Shown one piece after another: positions 51,721-62,675 of a stretch of 64,000 nucleotides of DNA. The notes below the pieces were generated by a model. It was not told the origin of the DNA. It saw only the letters and a program-made list of their open reading frames with translations, and ran no database searches. The DNA is from Stegostoma tigrinum (Eukaryota). Location of the stretch: NCBI RefSeq assembly GCF_030684315.1, contig NC_081362.1:43861744-43925743 (forward strand), written 5' to 3'. Positions within the stretch are counted from its first letter, which is position 1. Each line of letters begins with the position of its first letter. Position numbers and translations under genes: made by a program.

Positions 51721-51977
51721 CCATAAGTGAAGATAATAAAATGTGAGGCTGGATGAACACAGCAGGCCAAGCAGCATCTCAGGAGCACAAAAGCTGACGT
51801 TTCGGGCCTGGACCCTTCATCAGAGAAGGGTCTCTGATGAAGGGTCCAGGCCCGAAACGTCAGCTTTTGTGCTCCTGAGATGCTGCTGGGCCTGCTGTGT
51901 TCATCCAGCCTCACATTTTATTATCTTGGATTCTCCAGCATCTGCAGTTCCTATTATCTCTGATACCATAAGTGAAG
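51721..51977. mobile_element. Near-perfect fold-back element with intact hammerhead cores on both strands
   Basis: Arms 51730-51826 and 51831-51927 (97 bp each, one mismatch), loop AGGG. Cores at 51796-51823 (-) and 51834-51861 (+). TSD CCATAAGTGAAG at 51721-51732 and 51966-51977. Confidence 0.95.
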
Positions 51978-52694
51978 GTCACCTTTTTACTGAGGTTGTC
52001 AATCGAACCGCTGACACCAATTATTGTTGAACCAATCAGATTTAAAGATTATATGCACATTGTCCTCCTGTGCCTCTAGATGGCCAACAGGCAAACAGTT
52101 TCCATTTTGCTTGCAGCCTTCCTGGGCAGTTCCTTTTTCAAAGGAACTTAATGACTGATCAAGGAATCCAACATTTGTCAGGAGGCATTTGCTGAAAGTC
52201 TGTTACACCCCCCAATTCTGCCAACTCCTACAACGCCCCTTCCTAACACTGTGGCCTGGCTCCCTCAGTGATCATAGGCCTCTCTCAGGGTACTTTACTG
52301 GCAACAGACACCACTGTCAATGGCATCACCTGTGATGCAGATCTGCAGGCCAATCAGCGGTCCACAGTTCTCAGTGGGTGGGATTTCCACCCCTGTGGTC
52401 CTGAATCCCAGAGGAGATGCAAAATTAGCTAGTTGAGTGTCTAAGATTCACTTGATCTGGTCAGACCTCCCCCTCATAAATTATGTGCGTTTTCCACCAG
52501 CTCTCCAGCCAATGTGTTGAATCTGCATCAATGGTGTTAAATTGATCCAGATCATTGATGTCATAAAAGATGCCGACAGCAGGTAACTTGTTCTGCTCGG
52601 ATTTCCCTTAAGTAGATATAATTTATTAATTTGACTTAACTGTTTCTACTTGAAAGGACATACATGAAAAATGAATATGACAGTCTTCTTTGCA

Positions 52695-53335
52695 AATACA
52701 GTTTTAGCATTCATTTTGAGAAAGCTAGAAGTAAACAGCAGAGATGTGTAGCTGAGGCTGTATGAGGCTCTGGTTAGACCATATTTGGAATATGGTAAGC
52801 AGTTTTAGGCCCCGTATCGAAGGAAGGATGTGCTGGCATTTGAGGAGGTACAGAGGAAGTTTACAAGAATGATCACAGGGATGAAGGACATGTCATATGA
52901 CGAGCAGTTGAGGACTCTGGGTTTGTACTCAATGGAGTTTAGAAGGATTGGGGGAAATCTGATAGATTGAAACTTACAGAATACTGAGAGGCCTGGTTAG
53001 AGTGGATGTGGAAAAGGTTATTCTGCTAGTAGGAGAGTCTAGAATCTGAGGGCACAGCCTCAGAGTGAAGGGATGACTGCTTAGAATTGAAGTGAGGAGG
53101 AATTTCTTCAGCCAGAGGGTGCTGAATCTGTGGAACTCATTGCCACAGACAACTGTGGAAGCTAAACTATTGACTGCATTTTAGACAAAGATAGATGCGT
53201 TCTTGATTAGTAGGGGGGTCAAAGGTTATAGGGAAAAGGTAGGAGAATGGGGCACAGGAATGTACCAGCCATGTGTAGGAGTGTCAATGGGCCAAATGAC
53301 CTAATTCTGTTCCTTTAGCATATGGTCTATGGTCA
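52695..53335 (+). mobile_element. CR1 LINE 3' fragment
   Basis: LYEALVRPYLEY, LGLYSMEFRR and RRNFFSQRVLNLWNSLP, with an atggtctatggtc terminus. Confidence 0.85.
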
Positions 53336-55499
53336 TACATTCTTTAAGAATGAAGCTGCACAATAAATAAAACTTCAGACCATAGAGGATCTTTCACTCG
53401 AGGGTTAAATCAGTATAAATCGGTTATGTGTTACTCCTAAGTTATGCAACTTTCAGGTATGTGCAACAAATTCTGTCATTCACCATTATGATCACTTCTT
53501 GTTTATTAAATATGTTATAGCTTGCAAATAATAATTATTTTGTGTGATTGTTACTTACTGTTAAACCTTGCATTGGACAAAGAAAGTCTTCTATATTGCA
53601 TTGTGTTTTTCAACACATTCCTTACAATGATCACTCCCAAGTGAGACATTTACCAGGATTACCAACATGCACTATCAATATGGTAAAGTGACAGCACAGG
53701 GTACTATTCAGATTAAGATACCAGAGAGTTTAAACACCTTGAGCTAAAGTATAAACCGTGAAATTTCTACAGTACATAGAACATACATGTCCTCTTTCAA
53801 TTAGAGTCAGTTAGGGAAATTATCTATGAAGGATATCATATGGATCCCCATGAGTATTATTAACTGAATTTCATTACAGTAGGTTCCACAAGACTGTCAT
53901 ATGCACTTCTTTTATGCGTCCTTTCAAGTAGAAACAGTTAAGTCAAATTAATGTAACTTGCTGAGCATGCATATAATAATTAGAGATGACAGAAATAGTA
54001 TGTTGAGATTGTGATTTTCATGTGCTCATAGCTGGTAAAGACCTTTTAAAATAAATAAGCTTTGAGATGACAAATGTATTAAACAGTAGAAACACTGAAC
54101 TCTTCAAAGTACTGTCCATTAAAGTATTCAATGTTATGATCAGTGTTTTGTGCTGACTTTTAAATCTTATTAGGGTGAGATGACTTCAGAAGATTGTTAC
54201 AGACTTGAACCTTTGTTGCCCATTCTACATAGGACAGGCAGGTCAAGTGACTTACTTCCAGATGTCCGGCGCCTCTTCTCTCCCACCATCTTGAATCTTA
54301 ACTAGCTCCTCTGAATAGACATCAAGAAAATTTTCTTGAATTTGGCAGGGGTTTCCTTTTAAATTGCAAATTGTGGTCCAATACTATTAATACTGAATAA
54401 CCGTAATAGTAATTGGTAGCCTGAGCAGACACGTTATTCCAAATTAATAGGTTAAAAATGGCATGACACCAGTAAATGGGAATCTTATTTTGCTTAGGTC
54501 CTAAACATTCACTGATGTTTGCAAAATATTTAAATTTACATCACCTCAAACTGTCAATTTCATGACATGGAATTTATCAGCCTTAAGGGATGAGCTGGAG
54601 AGGGGAATAGGGTGTGGACGAAGATGCTGAAGGAAGGTTGGGGAAGGGGTGCAAGGATTTCCAACCACCTGCCAGTGCAATGATACTCTCCCATTGGTGG
54701 TAGAGGAGAACAGCCCCGCCCTGCCTGATGGCTGCTGTTGAGAAACCTTCATGCAAACCTCTCAACAGGTTTGGGGCTGCCCTCTTAATCAGACACAAGA
54801 TACAGTTCCAGTCCCACTCCCAAATACTGCAAGCACAGCTCTGGTCATCACCAACCCCTACCCTCATTTGCCTAACTGGCACCAGCAAGCCCAGACCCTG
54901 AATGCAAATACAGCAGACTTCCACATGGCACCATCCCTGGTAAGTACAGTCTCATCAGTAGCCAGCATTCCCAAGATGGCTGTTTTCCCTCCAACTGGTC
55001 AGCTATTCTCAGAGGTGAGTTCCCATCCCTTAAGGGTACTGGAGTCCTAAAGGAAGCCAATTTGTTGCCGGACAGCCATTAATGTGGATGGGCCCTATGC
55101 TGGCCAAGGCAGGATTGCCATAGGTTTTTGGGTGCTCTCCTGCTGCTCAGTCAAAATTCCGGTTCATGTTTCTCTCAATAGCTATAACTTAACTACAAAT
55201 AAAAGTCTATTTAAAATGAGATTATTCTGAATTAACTGTCCTTGAGAGAAGCCAACATTTTTCTTAAATAACTGGAATAAATTTCTGCAAATCTCAAATG
55301 TCTCAAGAGTCTCTTTTATCAATTGTTTAGTTGGCCACAAGGGACAGCTACAACTGTGTTGTGCTTAGCTTGGTTAAAAATGTAACTTCTTTTAATGAAA
55401 ATTTAAGCTGAAACATGTTTATTAAAAGTAAAATAAATAAATCAACAAAAATCATTTGTTTAAAACATCTGTACATTTGAACATTGAAACAGAAGTCAC

Positions 55500-56200
55500 T
55501 ACTCAATTCCCCAAGTCCAGTTAGATCATGGTTGATCTCCACCACAAATCCCTTGGCTGACCTATCTTTGATCCATATCACTTCATACCTTTACCTAATA
55601 AAAATCAGTCAATCTCAGACTTGAAAATTTGATTTGAACTATGATATGCATTTTCTGGGTGGGAGAATTCCACCTTGCCACTCACCTTTGTTTAAAAGAG
55701 TCCTTCCTCATTTCACTCCTAGCCTTATTCAAACATGATTTAGCCTTCACAAATCTATGCTGATTTTCTTTGATCAGTTTATTCTTGTTCAAAGTATCAA
55801 TCATTCTGTCCCAAATAACAAGTTCCAATAACTTTTTGACAGTTGATATTAAACTGACAGGTCATCAGTTTCTGAGATTTTCCCTCTATCCTGTTTTAAA
55901 TAATGGGTCAATTGGTACCAGTTTTGCTGAAGATCCTATTTGAAAGCTACTTGATTAGTAAAGTTTTGGAAAATACCATGATTACATTACCAACTTCCTT
56001 ACCTGTTTCTTTCAATGCTCTAAGCAGGAGAGAATTGAGTCTTGGAGAGTTTTCATCATTAATCTTTTTCATATTTATTAAACAAAAACACCAGTTTTGA
56101 TTTATTTTTATATACCCTGGTGCTGATTGAACTTTACTCTCTTCATCTACTGCCAAAATAGGAAAATAATTCACTCGTTCCTTATAATCCATTCTAATCT
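55500..56200 (-). mobile_element. Highly degenerate CR1-like fragments
   Basis: Antisense aactgatgacctgtcagtttaatatc (NYRPVSL-like) and a cagcatagatttgtgaagg-like QHGF motif. Confidence 0.45.
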
Positions 56201-56278
56201 GTCCTGCATGTCTTTCATGAATTCATATTCTACCTGACCTCTTTTTGTATATTTTTAAAAATACTTACTGTCAGTTTT

Positions 56279-56440
56279 GAGATAGTAAGAACTACCAATG
56301 CTGGAGTCAGAGGTAACACAGTGTAGAGTTGGAGGAACACAACAAACCAGGCAGCATCAGAGCAGCAGGAAAGCTGACGTTTCAGGTCAGGACCTGAATT
56401 TCTGAATAAAGAAGCCAACCCGAAACGTCAGCTTTCCTGA
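56279..56440. mobile_element. Asymmetric family-A fold-back hammerhead remnant
   Basis: Antisense tail plus caggaaagctgacgtttc ... ccgaaacgtcagctttcctg. Confidence 0.7.
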
Positions 56441-56711
56441 CTTTTCTTTGAATTTGACCTTTTTTCTTCCGTAATTTGTTACTAAGGATAGCTAAATGAA
56501 CAAATGGATCTTCTGCCTTCAAGGTGACCAGTATGTATATTTAATGGCATCTCCTTCTAAACTGAAAGCACATAGAACGGAGGTCACATGGTTATGGCAA
56601 ATCACATTATCCTTATAAACAAATTTCTTCAAAAGTCTGTCTTTTCCACAAAAAAAATCAAAAAAATCTATCATTAACAGCTGCAGGTTATTTGCTACAA
56701 CTGGGCTTTGA

Positions 56712-56868
56712 AGAAAAATCAAAAGAACTGCGGATGCTGTAAATCAGGAACAAAAACAAAGTTGCTGGAAAAGCTCAGCAGGGCTGGCAGCATCTGTGGA
56801 GGAGAAAACGTTAACTCTGTTTCCTCCTCCACAGATGTTGCCAGACCTGCTGAGCTTTTCCAGCAGTT
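56712..56868. mobile_element. Family-B fold-back element without hammerhead core
   Basis: gctggaaaagctcagcagggctggcagcatctgtggaggag ... ctcctccacagatgttgccagacctgctgagcttttccagc, an inverted pair. Confidence 0.8.
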
Positions 56869-56869
56869 T

Positions 56870-57505
56870 AGGCCCCCTCAAAATATTTTAAGAAGGCAGC
56901 CTACATCCTAACTTTTTCTTATTTTAAAGGCAAATGTACAGGATTGTGTTGCAGATACAATTCAACTTGTCAAACTACTTGCCTTTAAGCAAAACACAAT
57001 TTGTTCAAACACTAAAGTTAAAATACAATAAAAGAAAGAAGAACTTAGAATAACTTACTGTATTGGAAAACCTGACAGAATATTAGATGCATTAACTATT
57101 ACTAATTAACTGTTCCACTTTAATATCATTCCATAAACACACTCTTTGGCAAAAAAAGAAAATTCTGAAATCAGATTTTCTCATATGCAACACCCACAGT
57201 AGGAAGAGAAACCCTAGCCTCTAGCTGCAATCAAGAGAGGGGAAAAATAACCTCTATTTCTTGAAAAGTCCAACAGCTTCTGCTGAATCTGAAGGCTACA
57301 AAAGCCTGGAATCCTGGTCTGTGAGAGTTAGCCACACCCACCAAGGCTGTTTCTGTTGTTCAAAGTTAAACAAAACTCCAATGCCTCAGAGATAATGCCC
57401 CACAAGCTGTTTACATTACTGAGACTGCTCAGTACTTCTTATTCAATTTCTCTCTTAAAGGAAACCAGGACAAAATATGCCTCTTAAAGCCAGAGCGCCA
57501 TCACA
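56870..57505 (-). mobile_element. Probable LTR, same family as 41324-42399
   Basis: Reverse complement starts TGTGATGG..TTTAAGAGG..TATTTT and shares aatgtaaaca, cacaga.ccaggatt and aaataagaaaaagttagg with 41324-42399. Confidence 0.55.
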
Positions 57506-57559
57506 ATTCGTACTTCATTCATTACCTGTAAACAATTCAGGTCTTTCAATGACCACTCA

Positions 57560-59850
57560 TGAATTGGTGTTTAATATTTATGTGGTGTCTGCTCAAACCT
57601 TAAATGATATTCTTTCTTCAGCTCCTGTGAGGTTGTATAATTTACCTACATGCAAACCTAAGTGGTTGTCCTTACTTCACAAGATTTGTTCCAAGTGACA
57701 ACTTACCAGCATCGTACTACAAAGTACCTACATTGTTGACATGATAGTACCTGAGCCCTGACAATGTTATCACCAACTGCTTGATATTAGTGAAAGCTGC
57801 TTCTTCTGTAACCTACTACCATTGTATTTCTTTTCCAACAAGCTTGAATAGTGGTCCACAATGTTTTGATAAATCAACCAAAACCTTTGTTAGGTAGCTC
57901 ACAAATCCACCAAATCATTATGATTTTTGGCCATTATAATCTCTGCGATAGCTTTCACTTTATCAAGATCAGGGTGAAGTCCTTTAATTATAAGTATCTA
58001 TCTACTTAACATCAGGCACCTTCAATTGCATTATTTTTCTTGTTAAGCCTCAAGTTCAACTGGCAAGCTGTCTCTAGCAGTCTCTCCAGATTCTGATTAT
58101 GTTCAGTGATGGCTTATTCCATCACATTTCCACATTCATATGCTAGTAAGTCATCCACTGCAGGAAGATCACTGACTGCCTCATACTGTTTGCATTGATG
58201 CTCTTCTGGAGCAATGGAAATGCCAAGTGGTGGCACAACCATCTGTATCTCCTGAATGGCATCCAGAATATAGTTAGAAAACAGATACTCTGACTTCAGT
58301 TATTGGTATTCATCCTTTGCATTTATGCAGGCAAGCTGCAGCAAAATATTTTCTATGGTTGGCATGTGATAACAAGGTCTCTTCAAAGAATTATTGAAAC
58401 CCATTGGATCCATAAATGCCTTCAGTTTTCTAAGTTGTTTCAATGTGAATATATTCTATTGGAGTTGTTACATTCTTGATTACCCCCTTCTTTTCTGACT
58501 GATCGATCTTATCTTTCATGTTGGATTTAAGGGCAGTTGGGATTCCCTCCGCAGATACTACGATAGTCTAACCCTCTCAGCGACGTTGAGATAATATTCA
58601 CCAGGATGACCTCCAAGACCTGAGTGAGTACCTTTGTAATTTATTCCGAATTTTTCGTCATTCAATGACTTAGCAACCTGCAAAATGCTGCTAATCTCTT
58701 TTGGCATATGCAGGGTTCCAGTACAAGTTGTAGATTTGTTTCAGCATACATGAATGGGACTTTACTTAATGTTTACTGAAACTGCAGATCTCCCTTCTTC
58801 CTATTGCATTGGGCTCTCAGCTTTATTTGTCTTCTTGGGATAAGTCTCATTCCATCTTACAGCCTCAGCTTTACCCCCAAGGGCTTCCTTTTCAGGACAC
58901 CATCTTGAACCACTTTGCACAGGTCTGTGAAGCTCAGAACATTGCTCCTACATTCACTCGATGCTCTGGTACAGCATCATTCTAGCTGTCCTTTATCACT
59001 TTTATAACTGATGGTACCAACCTGGTCTAGATTGAAGAGTCATTCATTAGAATCATTGTCAGTCAGCTTTCTAGTAATTAGCTTTCCAGGTTTACTTTTC
59101 TTTTTTCCAGCTCATTTTCTTTCACACGGTGTCCTCCCATGTTTACTTCCATTATATTGTACGTGTTCAGCTTGGATCATCTCTCAACATGGTGCAAAGC
59201 GTCATCAGTTCTCCCATTAATGCTCTCAAGCTAATGATTGACAATCTGAGAGCTTATTCACTTACAGATAGCTTTCTTGAGATTTCTGTTTTATCAGTAG
59301 ACATGCTGTCCGGTCAAGAGCTCTTATTCTTAAGACAATTCTATTGCTTATGCGATACTTTTCCAGTTGCCCAAACAGACAATATTCTGCTTGATGCCGT
59401 AATGCAGTTACATATCAATCAATATTCTTCCTCTCTTTCTGGCCTTTGATGTTATGCACAGACTATTCATGGATTGGAGAGTTACAATCGCTCTTCAATG
59501 CCTTCATTGTTTCTTCTAGTTTGGCTTTTCAGTTCCTAAGTGAGGCCCAGGTTCAAAAACAACCATGACACTAGTAACAGAGTTGCTACTTTTTCTTGTC
59601 CTTGCTTCCTGTTCAGCTCTGTGGTTCATTCATAATTTTGCCATAGAGATCAGAAGTCATCTCAATTCTATCTCATTAACTCCTTTCATCTCCACAGCAG
59701 GAGTCAATGATATTTCTAAGTTATCCTGATGCACCAAAGAGTGAGCAAAGTTGTATTGTGGAGTTCTAATTATTCCTTGCTGTTTTTTACAGTAGTTCAC
59801 CCTCTTACAGCCTCAAATCCCACATAATTTCAACTGTTCACTTCTGACAA
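57560..59850 (-). mobile_element. Degenerate Gypsy-type LTR retrotransposon internal region (gag-protease-RT)
   Basis: Antisense LTIFWMPFRRYRWL..LGISIAPEE and AVDDLLAY (RT). Gag-like KVATLL at ~59590. PBS-like TGTCAGAAGTG at 59839-59849. Confidence 0.75.
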
Positions 59851-60234
59851 TGTGGCTCCTATTCTCTGATTTGCAGCCTAAATGTGGCAAAAGACAATTT
59901 CACTGATAACTGACTTATTGATCCCATCACTGAGAAAGTTCATCAGGTCATGTTAAGAGCTGACTGGCGAGCTCCCAGGTCTACTGTAGGTCTCAACATT
60001 GGATTCCTAACAGAGGGCAGCAGTTTCTGAATCCTAAAGGCCATCCATCAAGGCTTAATCCTCAGGGGACCCAACAACAGGAAGATAACAGGTTTTCTTC
60101 TACTACTTGTGGGACAGGGGATGAAGAAACAAATGGGGTCAAGGTTGGGAGACACATGGGAAGGAGAGTGGCCTTTAGAGATCTCCTACTGGACCCTCAT
60201 CCATACCTTTCTCTGGCCGTAGATTGGAGACAAT

Positions 60235-60453
60235 GAAGGCTTATCCCAGATAATAAAATGTGAGGCTGGATGAACACAGCAGGCCAAGCAGCATCTCAGG
60301 AGCACAAAAGCTGACGTTTTGGGCCTACACCCTTCATCAGAGGGCTTGTGCTCCTGAGATGCTGCTGGGCCTGCTGTGTTCATCCAGCCTCACATTTTAT
60401 TATCTTGGATTCTCCAGCATCTGCAGTTCCCATTATCTCGAAGGCTTATCCCA
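60235..60453. mobile_element. Fold-back family-A element with one hammerhead arm, 14-bp TSD
   Basis: GAAGGCTTATCCCA at 60235-60248 and 60440-60453. Antisense core at 60313-60340 (GAAA mutated); sense core deleted. Confidence 0.9.
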
Positions 60454-61208
60454 ACCTGGTTTCCCAGTCAAGTAAACAGCCACTTTTATGATCTTTAGAA
60501 TATTAGTAAACAAGTTAAACAGGTTCTGGTTGGGGTCTGTCACAAAAACAAGAATTAAATGATCAATGGAAAGTTACAGAACTGTAATGGAATCTTACCA
60601 AATTTAAATGAACATGCCATCTCCAGCAGAGTTGATGTGTCCCAGCTCATGTAAAGACCATTGGCCCCTGATGGCCTGTCCTATGACAGTGCACTTCACA
60701 CACACATTCGTAATGGAACCCTGAGCACAGATGTAACCATAGAGGAGAGGCAAACAGATGGTATTCTGACCCTCTCCATGGCCTTCTTCCAGCACCTGTT
60801 GGTGGCCATATTGATCAGGCCTAGTGTCAGGCCCATGAGGTGTTCATCTGATTTGCCCATTCCCCTCTGCACATGTTGTCAAGAGATCAAGAGTGAGGGG
60901 TTAAAGTGCAATCAAACGTCTAGAAATAGTCAGTTGAGGAAACTTAAAAAGAACTGCAAATGACAAAACGCCCCTTGGTGATGTGGAACTTCATTCCCTG
61001 CCAGACAAAGCATTTGAGAACAAAACATTGAATGTTCTCAAGAAGGAACTGGAATGTAGTTCTTAGGGCTAAAGTGACCAAAATATACGCAGAGAAAGCA
61101 GGAACAAGGTTCCTGAGTTAGATAATGAACCATGATCATATTGAATGGAAACTCAAAGGGCTAAATCTATTGTCTACCTCATGTTATTATATTTATCTCT
61201 TTGAGGAT

Positions 61209-62675
61209 CGCCACCTTGTTGTGGTGGAGAGGCTTGTGTGTACCTAGAAAACTGAGAGCTAAACCATATGATGTGTAGCTCCTAGCAGGATTACCCATGA
61301 CATCAAGGTTAAGGGGGAGGTTCTATCAAAAGCACAATCCATGAAGATGTCAACTGCAGAGCAGGTGGGAGATGATAGCTGAACATAAATTAGAGCTTCA
61401 CAATGGTTGCAAGGGCAAAAATACCACAACAGAGAAGGGTCTGATGAAGGGTCTAGGTCCGAAACGTCAGCTTTTGTGCTCCTAAGATGCTGCTTGGCCT
61501 GCTTTTTTCATCTAGCTTGACGCTTTGTTATCTCAGATTCTCCAGCATCTGCAGTTCCCATTATCTCTGACCACAACAGAGAAGGGCTGCCAACCACCTT
61601 GGTCTCCATACCACTGCATTTTGACCCCTATCTGCCAAAGTCCATGTGGTGGCTGTATGTGCACCAGCCTCCTCACATTAAAAGATGTCACACACAGGCG
61701 CTCTCCCAAGAGGTACCTGTCCTACTTACATTCCAGCCACAAGTCCTATCACAATCAGCCAGCGGCAGAGAGGGCAGGACTGTGCTATCTGGAAGCCCAT
61801 AGTCACAAACTGACACATTAGATGGCGGGTGTCAGATACAATCATCTCATTCCTGGATGAGGCAGCTAGAGCATTTTGACAGCTGCACCCATGACTGAGT
61901 AGCCTTGTTTAAAAAGGTGCCCTAAAAATAGCCTGTCTCAAAGCTGGTTTACCGTATCCAGAGGGATCATCCACATGCGGCCAGAAACAAAGAATAATAA
62001 ACTTTGGAGCCTGGAAGCACCCTGATGGAGCCAGTAAACAGTGACCGACCTGAGGGAAGAACTTTGGTCAAGCCAGAAAACTGAAAAGATGCCAGATCGA
62101 CTGTGTTGCTCTTTCTGTAGCCCGCCTTGCAGATAAAGGGCAACTGAAGGAGGTGAAAGGTGATTACACCTTCTTCTGGAAAGGGACGGACACAGAGCCC
62201 CGGATTCATGGTGTTACATTCGCAATTAATAACCAGCTCATCAGTTGTATCTCTGCACTGTCTGTAGGGATCAACCACCAACTCATGACTATCTGCCTGA
62301 TTCTCACCAACAACATGATGGCTACAGTTGTGAGCACTTATGCCCCAACTCTTGACTCTGAGCAGGGAGCAAAGGAGAGTTTCTATGCAAACTTTTACAT
62401 ACTGTTGTTAAAAATCCCCAAGGAGGACAAATTATTCTTCTTGGAGACTTCAATGCCCGGGTTGGTTGGCCTTTGGAATAGCACCATTCAATGCTACATC
62501 AATTTCAATTGAGTCTTTCTTCTCACAAAATGCATTGAGCACAATCTCCCCATCACAAACACACTGTTCTGTCAAAAAAACAAATTCGAAGTGACTTGGA
62601 AGTACCCAGGCTCGAAATTATGGCACGCAATTGATCATGACATTGTTCACTCCAGGGATCGTCAGGATGCACATG
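61209..62675 (+). mobile_element. RTE-clade LINE 5' region and APE endonuclease remnant
   Basis: YTFFWKG..PRIHGVTFAI..GINHQLMT..TYAPTL..KESFY, LGDFNA, ITNTLF and TWKYPGSKLWHAIDH. 5' motif CGCCACCTTGTTGTGGTGGAGAGGCTTG resembles RTE 5' UTRs. Confidence 0.8.
61423..61586 (+). mobile_element. 130-bp monomeric hammerhead element with perfect 17-bp TSD
   Basis: ACCACAACAGAGAAGGG at 61423-61439 and 61570-61586. Insert starts 1 nt before CTGATGAAGGGTCTAGGTCCGAAACGTC (61441-61468). Confidence 0.92.

Noticed and set aside
51699-52030. Two overlapping ORFs on opposite strands with the same N-terminus (MRLDEHSRPSS...), also seen at 60260
   Set aside because: An artefact of the palindrome; there is no evidence of coding function.
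56870-59850. LTR plus adjacent Gypsy internal region as one provirus
   Set aside because: No integrase is visible between RT and the LTR, and there is no matching LTR beyond the PBS-like site. The adjacency may be independent nesting.
2166-61586. Recurrent short palindromic repeats read as a CRISPR array or DNA-transposon MITEs
   Set aside because: The copies are dispersed with no repeat-spacer periodicity and no cas genes. Arm ends and TSD lengths vary, and the sequence equals the PLE 3' end.
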